A stretch of DNA of 61,335 bases, filler included, from an uncultured Rhodopirellula sp. (GTDB lineage Bacteria; Planctomycetota; Planctomycetia; Pirellulales; Pirellulaceae): the NCBI GenBank assembly GCA_964007735.1. It is 6 parts of 6 records of this genome, joined end to end, with 100 filler letters (N's around TTAATTAATTAA, not from the genome) between each part and the next. Parts side by side here need not be neighbours in the genome. Positions count along the whole stretch, not along the records: positions 41,733 to 51,742 come from CAXGAI010000092.1; positions 51,843 to 61,335 come from CAXGAI010000094.1; 4 more parts are not named here. One strand, written 5' to 3'. Shown here piece by piece: positions 50,883-60,242 of this stretch. The translations under genes were made by a program, and so were the position numbers. Under the pieces are notes generated by a model. The model was not told the origin of the DNA and searched no databases. It worked only from the letters and a program-made list of their open reading frames with translations. The first letter of the stretch is position 1. Each line of letters opens with the position of its first letter.

Positions 50883-51698
50883 ATGGCCAGCGATGGAACC
50901 GATTCACCCCCGCAAGTGAATTCAAACGCTGTAAAACAACTGGCAGAAGCCCGAGAGAAAATCACGGAACAACTTTCCCGTATTATCATAGGGCAGCAGG
51001 ATGTTATTGAAGAAATCCTTATCTCCATCTTTAGTAAAGGACACTGTCTGCTGGAGGGTGTACCCGGCCTTGCCAAAACTTTGCTGGTCAGTACTTTAGC
51101 AAAGACTCTGAATTTGTCTTTTAACCGAATTCAGTTCACGCCGGACCTAATGCCTGCTGACATTACCGGAACTGAAATCTACCGACCGGAAACCGGCAGC
51201 TTCGTCTTTCAGCAAGGCCCCATCTTTCATAACCTGGTGCTGGCCGATGAGATCAGGCGCGTAAGCAGCGAACCTGAAGCGGATTTGAAAGAGTTGTTTT
51301 CACGTATCATCTTCAATGCCTGTGTATCCAATCTCGATGATCATCCACGTAACCATGCCGTATTGGCCAAAGATCAACATTGGCGGTTGAGCCCTGCCTA
51401 TGACCTAACGCCGATGCCTTCAATTGCCATTGATAACCGCGATTTAGCCATGACTTGCGGACTCCATGGACGCGCTGCAAAAATAGCCAATATCGTTTCC
51501 GGCCATGGCCGCTTTTTACTGGCAAAGGACGAAGCCGAGAAAATCGCAAGAGACATCAAAACGATTGTCGGTTCAGAGTGGGATGCACACCTCAGAAGAG
51601 CGGGCGTAAGCGATAAGGACTGTGCTGCAATTGCAAGTGCCAAGCTTTACGCTGGTCTGGATTACCCAATAGAAGGCGGCGGGACCCACCGCGATTAA
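50883..51698 (+). CDS. Chimeric ORF: N-terminal MoxR AAA+ ATPase half fused in frame to the C-terminal half of a HipA-family kinase
   Basis: [30 protein letters not shown] and LVLADEI (MoxR), then ELF.RI.FN...SN.DDH.RNH and [10 protein letters not shown] (HipA_C). Confidence 0.8.
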   Translation: MASDGTDSPPQVNSNAVKQLAEAREKITEQLSRIIIGQQDVIEEILISIFSKGHCLLEGVPGLAKTLLVSTLAKTLNLSFNRIQFTPDLMPADITGTEIYRPETGSFVFQQGPIFHNLVLADEIRRVSSEPEADLKELFSRIIFNACVSNLDDHPRNHAVLAKDQHWRLSPAYDLTPMPSIAIDNRDLAMTCGLHGRAAKIANIVSGHGRFLLAKDEAEKIARDIKTIVGSEWDAHLRRAGVSDKDCAAIASAKLYAGLDYPIEGGGTHRD

Positions 51699-51742
51699 CC
51701 CGCATAGCAGTCGGCGAGCCTGTGCACATCATCAATAATGGG

Positions 51743-51842
51743 NNNNNNNNNNNNNNNNNNNNNNNNNNNNNNNNNNNNNNNNNNNNTTAATTAATTAANN
51801 NNNNNNNNNNNNNNNNNNNNNNNNNNNNNNNNNNNNNNNNNN
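51743..51842. other. Artificial contig linker
   Basis: N44-TTAATTAATTAA-N44. Confidence 0.98.
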
Positions 51843-52270
51843 TTAACTAACCCGGTAACCTGCCGATCGGCGGGCCAGGACCAAATGACATAACGCATGC
51901 GTTTCTTAGACTCGGGAATGACCGTCTGAATATGTTGGTAAACGTCGAGGCAGACTTCGGATACAAGCGAGACCGTGGCGGGACTGCCATGAACGACTAA
52001 CATCGTATCGAGATCTTCGGCGGAGTTGAATTCCGAGGCGGGCTTTTTTGTCCACACAGTTCCCTCCATTTTGTAATACCCGATGTTGGCAACCGCTTCC
52101 TCTAGTTTGTCATACAGGGGTAGATGGCGTGTTGTGACGTACCAGATCTCATGGCCTTCATGCCGTAACTCCGTCGAGTATTTTTGGATGACGGAGGGGT
52201 TCACAGCCAGGAGAGGAGTCGCACTGATTAGAGCGTAAAACAAAAAGGCGACGGAGGCTCGATTTTGCAT
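51843..52270 (-). CDS. Hypothetical exported protein (alpha/beta-hydrolase-like N-terminus), 3'-truncated
   Basis: Signal peptide, W.V.TR, VHG, WSWP; ATG at 52270. Confidence 0.55.
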
Positions 52271-52473
52271 GGTAAGGCCAGATATAAGGAGTCTTAATAA
52301 AAGTCGCACCCGTAAAATAGGTGCAGTATGAGGTATTTAACTCGATGTTAGCTTTTCAGATAAGCTTGGCAAGTGAATTTCGAATCCGTTTCGATTAATA
52401 TTAAATCTGAAGTACGGTTTATAATGCACAGTTAAGTCGCATCAAAAAGTGTGTTTAGGGAAAGTGGGAAATA

Positions 52474-53100
52474 TTGAACAGAGTATTTGAACTAAATCAC
52501 GTAATCGTTAAACATTACTTGTCGATCCTGAGGGATAAGAACTCCGGCACCGCTCTTTTCCGTGACTCGTTAGACAAGTTGGGACTGTTCCTTGCAATGG
52601 AGTTGACCGCAGGACTTACCGTCAAGCCGGTTTCTATTCAGACGCCGTTGGTACAAACGGAGTCCACGATGATTAACGAAAAGGTAGCTGTCGTCCCCAT
52701 TTTGCGAGCGGGTTTGGCACTCGTGCAGGCCTTTTGTGAATTGATTCCCGAGGTGGCCGTATTTCATCTCGGAATGTATCGGGATGAAGCAACCTCCTTG
52801 CCGGTTTCTTATTACAACAAACTGGAGGAGTGGCCGGAAGTAGAGTCTGCAATCGTTGTCGACCCGATGCTGGCGACCGGTGGTTCGGCGATTGCTGCAA
52901 TTTCCGCATTGAAAGCCAGAGGAATTGAAAAGATTTCCTTTGGATGTATTATTGCTGCTCCGGAGGGGATCAGCAATTTGCAACAGATGTACCCCGACGT
53001 ATCTGTTACCGCTTGTAGTATTGATGATGGTTTAAACGAGATTAATTATATTATTCCAGGCCTAGGTGACGCGGGTGACCGATATTTTGGGACCGTTTGA
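52474..53100 (+). CDS. upp: Uracil phosphoribosyltransferase
   Basis: VPILRAG, G.YRDE, DPMLATGGSA, YIIPGLGDAGDR.FGT. Confidence 0.97.
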   Translation: MNRVFELNHVIVKHYLSILRDKNSGTALFRDSLDKLGLFLAMELTAGLTVKPVSIQTPLVQTESTMINEKVAVVPILRAGLALVQAFCELIPEVAVFHLGMYRDEATSLPVSYYNKLEEWPEVESAIVVDPMLATGGSAIAAISALKARGIEKISFGCIIAAPEGISNLQQMYPDVSVTACSIDDGLNEINYIIPGLGDAGDRYFGTV

Positions 53101-53149
53101 GGCAGCTTGCTGTTGCGGACGCAAATAACAAAGAGAGTGTAGTGGAAAT

Positions 53150-54451
53150 ATGGGTGACTCTGAAGCTGGTTTAAGGATAGTTAGCGCTATTGGCATTTTA
53201 GTCATGTTGTTACTAGCCTGGGCTATGGGAAAGAACCGATCTGTTCGCAACTACCGCGTGTTGCTTGGTGGGTTGGGTCTGCAACTGGTGCTGGCCCTGC
53301 TGGTCATGCGAACCAACGAAGGAAACCTGATATTTTCCTTACTGGGTGAGATGTTCTCGGGAATGCTTGATTTCGTTGATGAGGGTTCGAAGGGTGTGTT
53401 TGGCGAGAATTATGGGGAATTCTTTTTTGCCTTCAAAGTCTTGCCGACGATCATCTTTTTTTCCTCTCTGATGGCGATCTTGTATTATTTACGTGTTATG
53501 CAGCCGATCGTTCAGGCGATGGCATGGTTGATGCGGATCTCATTTAGAACCTCCGGGGCGGAAACATTGGCGGCGGCCGCGAATGTATTTGTTGGGCAGA
53601 CAGAAGCGCCGTTGGTGGTCAAACCTTACATCGGTAAGATGACGAATTCGGAATTAATGTCGCTAATGGTTGGTGGATTTGCGACGATTTCCGGCGGCAT
53701 TCTCGCTGCTTACATTGGAATGGGAATTGACGCGACTCACCTGGTAAGTGCCTCGGTTATTTCCGCGCCCGCGGCGCTAGTGATAGCGAAGTTATTGCAG
53801 CCCGAAGTGGAGGCCCCTGAGACTTTGGGGAGTGGTGTCACTATCCTGCCGGAGAAGGATGGCCCGGTAAATGTTGTCGACGCGGCCACCCAGGGTGCGA
53901 GTGTGGGGTTGAAATTGGCCCTCAATGTCGGGGCCATGTTGATTGCGTTTCTTGCTTTACTTGCGCTTGCAAAATGGTGCTTCTCATTTGCAGGTGAAAC
54001 AGTGGAGTGGGCCATCAATTTAGTATCCGGAGAAGGGGCTGTGGACTTTGAGTGGAAGCTCGAAACGATGATGGGTTACTTGTTTGCACCACTCGCCTGG
54101 GTGATGGGTATCGACAGTGGCGAATGCTTAAAAGCTGGTGAGTTATTGAGTTACAAGCTTATCGCAAATGAGTTTATTGCGTATGACTTATTAGCCGATG
54201 TGCAGTCCAATCCCGATACGGCCTTAAGTGATAGGACGACCATGATTTTGACCTATGCCCTGTGTGGCTTTGCAAATTTCGGATCGATCGGTATCCAAAT
54301 TGCTGGAATCGGGGGATTAGCCAAGCACCGTCGTGGAGATTTGGCAAAGTTAAGTCTGCGGGCTATGCTCGGCGGAACGTTAGCGGCCTTCATGACAGCC
54401 TGTTTCGCTGGCATGTTATATGGCAAACCTATCAGCCTTTTGGGGTTTTAA
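53150..54451 (+). CDS. nupC: Concentrative nucleoside transporter (NupC/CNT family)
   Basis: LP.IIFFS, SGAE, FVGQTEAP, MT.SEL, NEF.AY, ALCGFANFGS.GI. Confidence 0.95.
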   Translation: MGDSEAGLRIVSAIGILVMLLLAWAMGKNRSVRNYRVLLGGLGLQLVLALLVMRTNEGNLIFSLLGEMFSGMLDFVDEGSKGVFGENYGEFFFAFKVLPTIIFFSSLMAILYYLRVMQPIVQAMAWLMRISFRTSGAETLAAAANVFVGQTEAPLVVKPYIGKMTNSELMSLMVGGFATISGGILAAYIGMGIDATHLVSASVISAPAALVIAKLLQPEVEAPETLGSGVTILPEKDGPVNVVDAATQGASVGLKLALNVGAMLIAFLALLALAKWCFSFAGETVEWAINLVSGEGAVDFEWKLETMMGYLFAPLAWVMGIDSGECLKAGELLSYKLIANEFIAYDLLADVQSNPDTALSDRTTMILTYALCGFANFGSIGIQIAGIGGLAKHRRGDLAKLSLRAMLGGTLAAFMTACFAGMLYGKPISLLGF

Positions 54452-54469
54452 CACTAGGTTTGTGTCGAC

Positions 54470-55882
54470 ATGGATGCTTTGCTAAACAATTCGGCCGTTG
54501 GATTGCGACAAATGATACGACGCCGAGAAATCTCCGCTCGTGAATTACTTAGTTGTCATCTTTCGCATATTGAAAAGGTTAACCCGTCAGTTAATGCCAT
54601 AGTGACGTTAACGGCTGAAATGGCCGAAATGCGTGCGAGGGAGTTGGATGATCTGCAGGCGATGGGTAAAGACTTGGGGGTATTGCACGGTTTACCCATG
54701 GCTCACAAGGATCTGACCATGACCGAGGGAGTTCGCACCACCTTTGGTAGTCCGATTTATGCCGATCATGTTCCTTCCAACGACGAACTGTTGATCACCC
54801 GTCTTAAACACGCGGGGATCGTGAGCGTAGGGAAAACCAATACGCCTGAATTTGGAGCAGGCTCTCAAACGTTCAACGCGATATTTGGCGCCACATGCAA
54901 TCCTTATAATCTGTCGAAAACCTGTGGAGGAAGTAGTGGTGGTGCCGCGGTGGCGTTAGCTACACGGATGGTACCGATTGCCGACGGTAGTGATATGGGT
55001 GGTAGCCTGCGTAATCCGGCCAATTTCTGTAATGTGGTAGGTTTCCGCCCCTCAACAGGACGCGTTCCCAGTTGGCCTACTGATCACGCGTTCTTTTCTT
55101 TCGGCGTTCAAGGTCCTATGGCTCGCCACGTCGAAGATATCGCCCTGCAGTTGCAGGTGATGGCAGGCCCCGATGAACGAGCACCAATGAGTCTGCAGGA
55201 CCCGGCATCTATTTTTGCTGAAGAGTTAGTAGGTGAAATATCGGGAAGCCGTGTAGCCTTCGCAACAACGTTAGGTGGTCTTCCTGTCGAACCTGAAGTG
55301 CAGGAAATCGTAGAAAATCAAAGGAAGGTGTTTGAAGAGCTTGGGTGTATTGTAGAAGAGGCCTGTCCCGATTTCGACGGTGCGGACGACGTCTTCAAAG
55401 TACTACGGGCTTTCCGTTTTGAAATGAAGTTTGGGCCTTTAACGGCTCGACATGAATCTGAGATGAAGGATACGGTTCTTTGGAATATTGAGCAGGGACG
55501 GCAATTGACAGGGCCGGAATTAGGAAGGGCTCAGCAAAGACGAACCTCAATTTTTCATAAAACGCGACAGTTCTTTGAAAAATACGACTTTCTTATCGCC
55601 CCGGTGAGTCAGGTTGCCCCGTTTGATATAGGCGAGCCCTTTGTCCGTGAAATTTCCGGTACGGAAATGGAAACATATATCGACTGGATGAAGTCGTGTT
55701 ATTTCGTGACGGTAACCGGCATGCCCGCGATTTCAGTCCCCGCAGACTTTACACGAACCGGCTTGCCCGTTGGTATCCAGATTGTGGGGGGGTTCCGGCG
55801 TGACGTGGAGTTACTTCAAATGGCCTATGCGTTTGAGCAGCGTACTTTAATGGGCAAGCGGCTTCCGGATTTGTTACTTTGA
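54470..55882 (+). CDS. Amidase-signature family amidase
   Basis: LHGLP..KD, GKTNTPEFG, GGSSGG, GSD.GGS.RNPA (Ser-cisSer-Lys triad). Confidence 0.93.
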   Translation: MDALLNNSAVGLRQMIRRREISARELLSCHLSHIEKVNPSVNAIVTLTAEMAEMRARELDDLQAMGKDLGVLHGLPMAHKDLTMTEGVRTTFGSPIYADHVPSNDELLITRLKHAGIVSVGKTNTPEFGAGSQTFNAIFGATCNPYNLSKTCGGSSGGAAVALATRMVPIADGSDMGGSLRNPANFCNVVGFRPSTGRVPSWPTDHAFFSFGVQGPMARHVEDIALQLQVMAGPDERAPMSLQDPASIFAEELVGEISGSRVAFATTLGGLPVEPEVQEIVENQRKVFEELGCIVEEACPDFDGADDVFKVLRAFRFEMKFGPLTARHESEMKDTVLWNIEQGRQLTGPELGRAQQRRTSIFHKTRQFFEKYDFLIAPVSQVAPFDIGEPFVREISGTEMETYIDWMKSCYFVTVTGMPAISVPADFTRTGLPVGIQIVGGFRRDVELLQMAYAFEQRTLMGKRLPDLLL

Positions 55883-55885
55883 TTT

Positions 55886-56269
55886 CTAGGGGACGGAGGT
55901 GAACGCATCCGGGAGTAACTCCTCGATGGTTAAGGTTCGCACGGAATTGGGTTCAAGGTTCGCAAGATGCACACGGCAGTTCGGAGCTAATTGAGCAATT
56001 AGTTGCCGACAATTCCCGCAGGGTGTAGCGCCGGACGTTGTCACGATGGCGATGTCGGTGATTTCCCGGATACCTCTGGCGACAGCCTGGCTGAGCGCAG
56101 CAGCTTCCGCACAGATGGTGCTTCCGTAAGCTGCGTTCTCCACATTGCAACCGACCGCAAACTCTCCCTCGGGATCACAGACCGCGGCGCCGACTAGAAA
56201 ACCCGAATATGGAGCATATGCGTTTAGACGGGCCTTGGCAGCGTGTTGTATCAATTCGGTAGGTGTCAT
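55886..56269 (-). CDS. cdd: Cytidine deaminase (homotetrameric type)
   Basis: AYAPYS.F.VGAA, NVENA.Y, CAE, PCGNCRQ, LLP.AF. Confidence 0.95.
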   Translation of the reverse strand: MTPTELIQHAAKARLNAYAPYSGFLVGAAVCDPEGEFAVGCNVENAAYGSTICAEAAALSQAVARGIREITDIAIVTTSGATPCGNCRQLIAQLAPNCRVHLANLEPNSVRTLTIEELLPDAFTSVP

Positions 56270-57564
56270 CGTAATTCCTTATCATCGTCCTGAGTAACCG
56301 TCCCCATAATCAGGGGGCGGGGATCAACGGGGGTGTTGGAGAGATGAAGCATGGTACGGAGTTCGTCGAGGTACGGCTGCGGAGTGGTGTGGGAAACAGC
56401 ACCAATGACGTCTCCTTTTTCGATGAGATCCCCAACTTTTTTGGGGACGGCAATTGAAACCCGCGGATCAAGTGTGTCGTGGGGTAGTTGACGACCTCCG
56501 CCCATGCGTACTAGCAGAGCTCCCAGCCTTCCCGTATCCACGCGTTCCAGGTAACCACCTTGAGTGGCGACTAACGGTGTCCAGTTAGGGCTCACGAGTT
56601 GGCTTAACTTTCCGTGCTGCTTTTCCACCATGTCTTCAAAGTGATTTTGGGCGTAACCGTTGGTAAGGTTCTCAGCGACGTCGTTGTACGTGACCGTCTT
56701 TCCAGCCAAGTTTAGTAGTTCGTAGGCGAAAGTTGTGGCGAGATGGACCAGATCGGGCGGCCCGGAGCCGGAAAACGAAAGTAACGCTTCCCGTACCTCA
56801 GCGGCATTGCCAATAGCCGTCCCTAAAGGCTGGTCCATGTCGGTGATAACGGCTTTGGCATTAACATCGAATCGGCGACAGGTCTGAACGAGCATCGTAG
56901 CCAATGCACGCGCCTGCTCTAAACTGCGCATGGAAGTGCCTGTACCGCATTTGACGTCAAAGATAAGGGCATCGGGAGACTCAGCTAGTTTTTTTGAAAG
57001 GATGCTGGAGGTGATCAACGGGATAGAAGCCACCGTGCCTGTCACGTCCCGGAGGCCGTAGAGCATTCGGTCAGCGGGAGCGATTTCCGCGGTTGCCCCT
57101 GTTATCACACACCCTGTGGCTTTGACCGTATTTTGTAGATCCGTCAGCGAGAGAGCCGTGTTGAACCCGGGGATGCTTTCCAGTTTATCCAGTGTGCCCC
57201 CGGTAATACCAAGTCCGCGTCCGGAAATCATGGGAACTCGTACGCCAAAACTAGCAACTAGTGGGGCAATGAGTAAGGATGCCTTGTCGCCTACACCCCC
57301 GGTGGAATGCTTGTCCACAATGGCAGAGCCGGTTGGCCAGGTAAGACGTGAACCGCTATCCAGCATCGCCTTTGTAAGGTAATAGGTCTCGTCGGCGTTC
57401 ATTCCCTGAATGCATGTTGCCATTGCAAAGGCAGCCATTTGAGAATCAAGCAGGGTTGCGTTCTGGAATTGAACGATTATCTGGGAGATTTGGGCTTCGG
57501 ACAACGTATGTCCGTCTCGTTTTAGCCGGATGATTTCAACGGGCGGCGTACTGAAGGGTTTCAT
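56266..57564 (-). CDS. deoA: Thymidine / pyrimidine-nucleoside phosphorylase
   Basis: KRDG, DKHSTGGVGDK, SGRGLG.TGGTLDKLESIPG, SILSKK, DVK.G.G. Probable ATG at 57564. Confidence 0.93.
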   Translation of the reverse strand: MKPFSTPPVEIIRLKRDGHTLSEAQISQIIVQFQNATLLDSQMAAFAMATCIQGMNADETYYLTKAMLDSGSRLTWPTGSAIVDKHSTGGVGDKASLLIAPLVASFGVRVPMISGRGLGITGGTLDKLESIPGFNTALSLTDLQNTVKATGCVITGATAEIAPADRMLYGLRDVTGTVASIPLITSSILSKKLAESPDALIFDVKCGTGTSMRSLEQARALATMLVQTCRRFDVNAKAVITDMDQPLGTAIGNAAEVREALLSFSGSGPPDLVHLATTFAYELLNLAGKTVTYNDVAENLTNGYAQNHFEDMVEKQHGKLSQLVSPNWTPLVATQGGYLERVDTGRLGALLVRMGGGRQLPHDTLDPRVSIAVPKKVGDLIEKGDVIGAVSHTTPQPYLDELRTMLHLSNTPVDPRPLIMGTVTQDDDKELR

Positions 57565-57574
57565 CGTCACGATC

Positions 57575-58270
57575 TTAGTAACCTTCTCCAATTCCACCAT
57601 CAGCAATTGCCTGAGAGGCGCTGGTGCCTAGCCGAGCGACTCCCATATCAGACAATTCCTTTGCATAATCATAAGTACGGATTCCACCCGAAGCTTTAAC
57701 TTGTACACTTCCCTCGATGTTATCGAGCATGAGTTGAATATGTTCGATCGTAGCTCCGGTGTAGTTGTAATCACCCGACTCTCGTTTTGTGAAACCAAAA
57801 CCCGTTGAGGTTTTGACAAAATCTACCTGGAGTTCAGAGCATAGTTGGCACAGTTTAACAATGTGTGAAGCTTGCAGGTAATCTGTCTCAAAGATAACCT
57901 TCAGCAACGCCTTGTGGCTCTGGGCAATGATCTGTACGGCGGCTATATCAGCTTGGACATACTCCCAATCCTCCGCTAAGACACGCCCTACATTGATAAC
58001 CATGTCAAGTTCCTCTGCACCGTCGAGACAGGCTCGTTCCGCTTCTGCACTTTTGACAATGGTTGTGTTACTTCCGTGCGGAAATCCGATCACGGTACCA
58101 ACTCCCACCGGGGAACCTTGAAGCAATTCAACTGCGAGGCTCACCATGTAGGGCTTTACGCAAACGGTGGCAACCTCTAGTTGGTCAGCCAGCCTACAGC
58201 CCTCCTCGAGATCAGAGAGGTCGGCTGTAGGATGCAGTATCGCGTGATCGATTATTGAAACAATTGTCAT
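57575..58270 (-). CDS. deoC: Deoxyribose-phosphate aldolase
   Basis: IDH..L.P, V.GFP.G, E.DMV.N, KVI.ET, FVKTSTGF, VKASGGIR, RLGTS. Confidence 0.96.
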   Translation of the reverse strand: MTIVSIIDHAILHPTADLSDLEEGCRLADQLEVATVCVKPYMVSLAVELLQGSPVGVGTVIGFPHGSNTTIVKSAEAERACLDGAEELDMVINVGRVLAEDWEYVQADIAAVQIIAQSHKALLKVIFETDYLQASHIVKLCQLCSELQVDFVKTSTGFGFTKRESGDYNYTGATIEHIQLMLDNIEGSVQVKASGGIRTYDYAKELSDMGVARLGTSASQAIADGGIGEGY

Positions 58271-58277
58271 AGTGATA

Positions 58278-59480
58278 TTAGGTCTTCCAGTCCAATCCGG
58301 TGTAGAGGCTGTTTAAGTTGTTATTGCCTTGTTCTGTAAGAATGATCATGTCTTCAACACGGATTCCACCGAGTGCCCGGCAGTAAAGGCCAGGCTCAAT
58401 AGTGAGGCAGTCTCCAAGGAGTAATTCCGGGCCACCAAAGTCGAGTAAGGGTGGTTCGTGAACCTCGAGACCGACGGCATGCCCCGTGCCATGAGTCATG
58501 CTGCAAAAGGAATCAGGATCACTTTCAGTCGGCAATCCTGTCTGGAATCCATTTTCAAGGATGACCTGAATGGTTGCTCTATGTACGTCTTCGCCGGTTA
58601 CGCCAGGCCGCGCCGCTGCACAGCCTGCAGCATTCGCCTCACAAACAGCCATATGCATCCGGACCAGAGGGTCCGAGATTTGGCCGTGTACGACGGTGCG
58701 AGTGCAGTCGCCATAATAGAGTGTCTTTCGATTTTGCGGAAAGATGTCGACAATGACAGGTTGTTCGGTATAGAGCGGACCGGATCCATAGTCATGACAG
58801 TCGGCGCCAGTCGTGCCGCAAGCAACAATACTCTTAGGATTGAAGTAATCGCGTTCCAGTAGAAAGATGTCAATAGCCGAACGGACACGTTCGGAGGTGA
58901 GGACCTTCCCCTCGTGGACTAATTGCCGCTGGTCATTTACGTCGGCGTTGGCAATTAGTTCACATGCCAGACGCATAGCCTCTTCCGTGGTCGATTGCGA
59001 TTGCTGCAGCCATGCCGATTCCTCTGCGTCCTTTTGCCGACGCTCTAATACCCCTAAATTCGCATCGTATTGAATTTGTAGCCCGCGAAGCAGAAGATGA
59101 TGAGCAAAAATATAGGGAAGAGTACGATCGGTTTTAATTGTCGTCACTTTTTGGTTAATAAGGTATTCTGCCGTGGCCTGGGCAGTAGCAGTTTCGCGGT
59201 CACCGGAAAGACCTGATTCAGGTGTGTGATCCGCCGGGCATGAGATTCGGTCTGCCCTAGCGTCCCGTCGAGCTCTCTGCATTTCTATATCTCTGACGAT
59301 AAACATCGAATGGTCGTCGGTACCCCCATGTATCGCCACGAACGCAGTTGGGTCACCGACGAGAAAGCGAACCTTGTGGTAAAGCGAGTAGTTGGATTTG
59401 GGGATTCCGGCGATAAGGGTTGCTGTGATTGTCATGGATTTGTTTGGAATAGGTTGTGAATACTGTTTTGGAGCTGGCAT
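58278..59480 (-). CDS. M24 family (Xaa-Pro) peptidase
   Basis: D..P, D.TRT, HGTGH.VGLEVHE, TIEPGLY, G.RVED. Start may be 59435. Confidence 0.9.
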   Translation of the reverse strand: MPAPKQYSQPIPNKSMTITATLIAGIPKSNYSLYHKVRFLVGDPTAFVAIHGGTDDHSMFIVRDIEMQRARRDARADRISCPADHTPESGLSGDRETATAQATAEYLINQKVTTIKTDRTLPYIFAHHLLLRGLQIQYDANLGVLERRQKDAEESAWLQQSQSTTEEAMRLACELIANADVNDQRQLVHEGKVLTSERVRSAIDIFLLERDYFNPKSIVACGTTGADCHDYGSGPLYTEQPVIVDIFPQNRKTLYYGDCTRTVVHGQISDPLVRMHMAVCEANAAGCAAARPGVTGEDVHRATIQVILENGFQTGLPTESDPDSFCSMTHGTGHAVGLEVHEPPLLDFGGPELLLGDCLTIEPGLYCRALGGIRVEDMIILTEQGNNNLNSLYTGLDWKT

Positions 59481-59641
59481 AAAAAGCTAGCAGGGTTACC
59501 TAAGGACAGTCAATAAACTGTTTGCAAATGATACACCAGTGTGAGATTTTGATACAGCGAGGATGCATTGTAGATAATCCCGAGCCACTAATAACTACAG
59601 ATTTCACTTTCTATAGCGGGAATTGCGAAAAAAACCCTAAT

Positions 59642-59657
59642 TGGCACGTAGCTTGCA
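59642..59657 (+). promoter_or_regulatory. Sigma-54 (-24/-12) promoter
   Basis: TGGCACGTAGCTTGCA, 57 nt before the ATG at 59715. Confidence 0.72.
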
Positions 59658-59714
59658 ATACCAATTAGTCATCTAAATGGAAATTCGCGGCTTTCTCAAA
59701 GGTGGCCTTTCAAA

Positions 59715-60242
59715 ATGGTAAAAACTAGAAATATCGTGCATGACGACGGAAGACTGGAGATTCGGCGCGTGATTTCAGCTGATAATCTTGTAGATTGGGA
59801 GCAGGATAATCCGCTGGCTTTCGAGCGTAGCATTGTTTGGATCCGCCCTGTATTGGATTTACCATATGTGCGAACGGCTTTCGTTAAAAATGCCAGAAGT
59901 CGGCGCGGTCCGCTTCTAACCGCGAGTGCAGATCAAACGGTGGTCGGATACTCGAAATTGACGGCAGATGCCCCTATGCAGGGACTTGATTACCTCTATT
60001 ATCAACGACGCGTGTTTTATTTAACAAGCCAGGATATCGAGGGGGTCGCGGATGTGAACGCAAGTGTTAATTGCATCCAGCCATCAACGATTCTGCCGAC
60101 GGTCTGGGGCGCGAGAAAACCATTTGCCGATCCTTCTCCAGGAAAATCGGGCAATGACCGGCGGGCCGCTTCGAGTTCAAAAGCGAGTGGGAAATTGCGA
60201 GACATTCGCGAAGACAGTGGAATTGAAGAATTCGCATTCTAA
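59715..60242 (+). CDS. Hypothetical protein, DUF6009-like
   Basis: E..IVW......YVR......RRG......VGY..L.......RRVF.L pattern recalled from DUF6009; AAAGGTGG upstream. Confidence 0.6.
   Translation: MVKTRNIVHDDGRLEIRRVISADNLVDWEQDNPLAFERSIVWIRPVLDLPYVRTAFVKNARSRRGPLLTASADQTVVGYSKLTADAPMQGLDYLYYQRRVFYLTSQDIEGVADVNASVNCIQPSTILPTVWGARKPFADPSPGKSGNDRRAASSSKASGKLRDIREDSGIEEFAF

Noticed and set aside
51255..51698. Intact HipBA toxin-antitoxin module
   Set aside because: Only the HipA C-terminal half is present; no N-lobe and no antitoxin gene.
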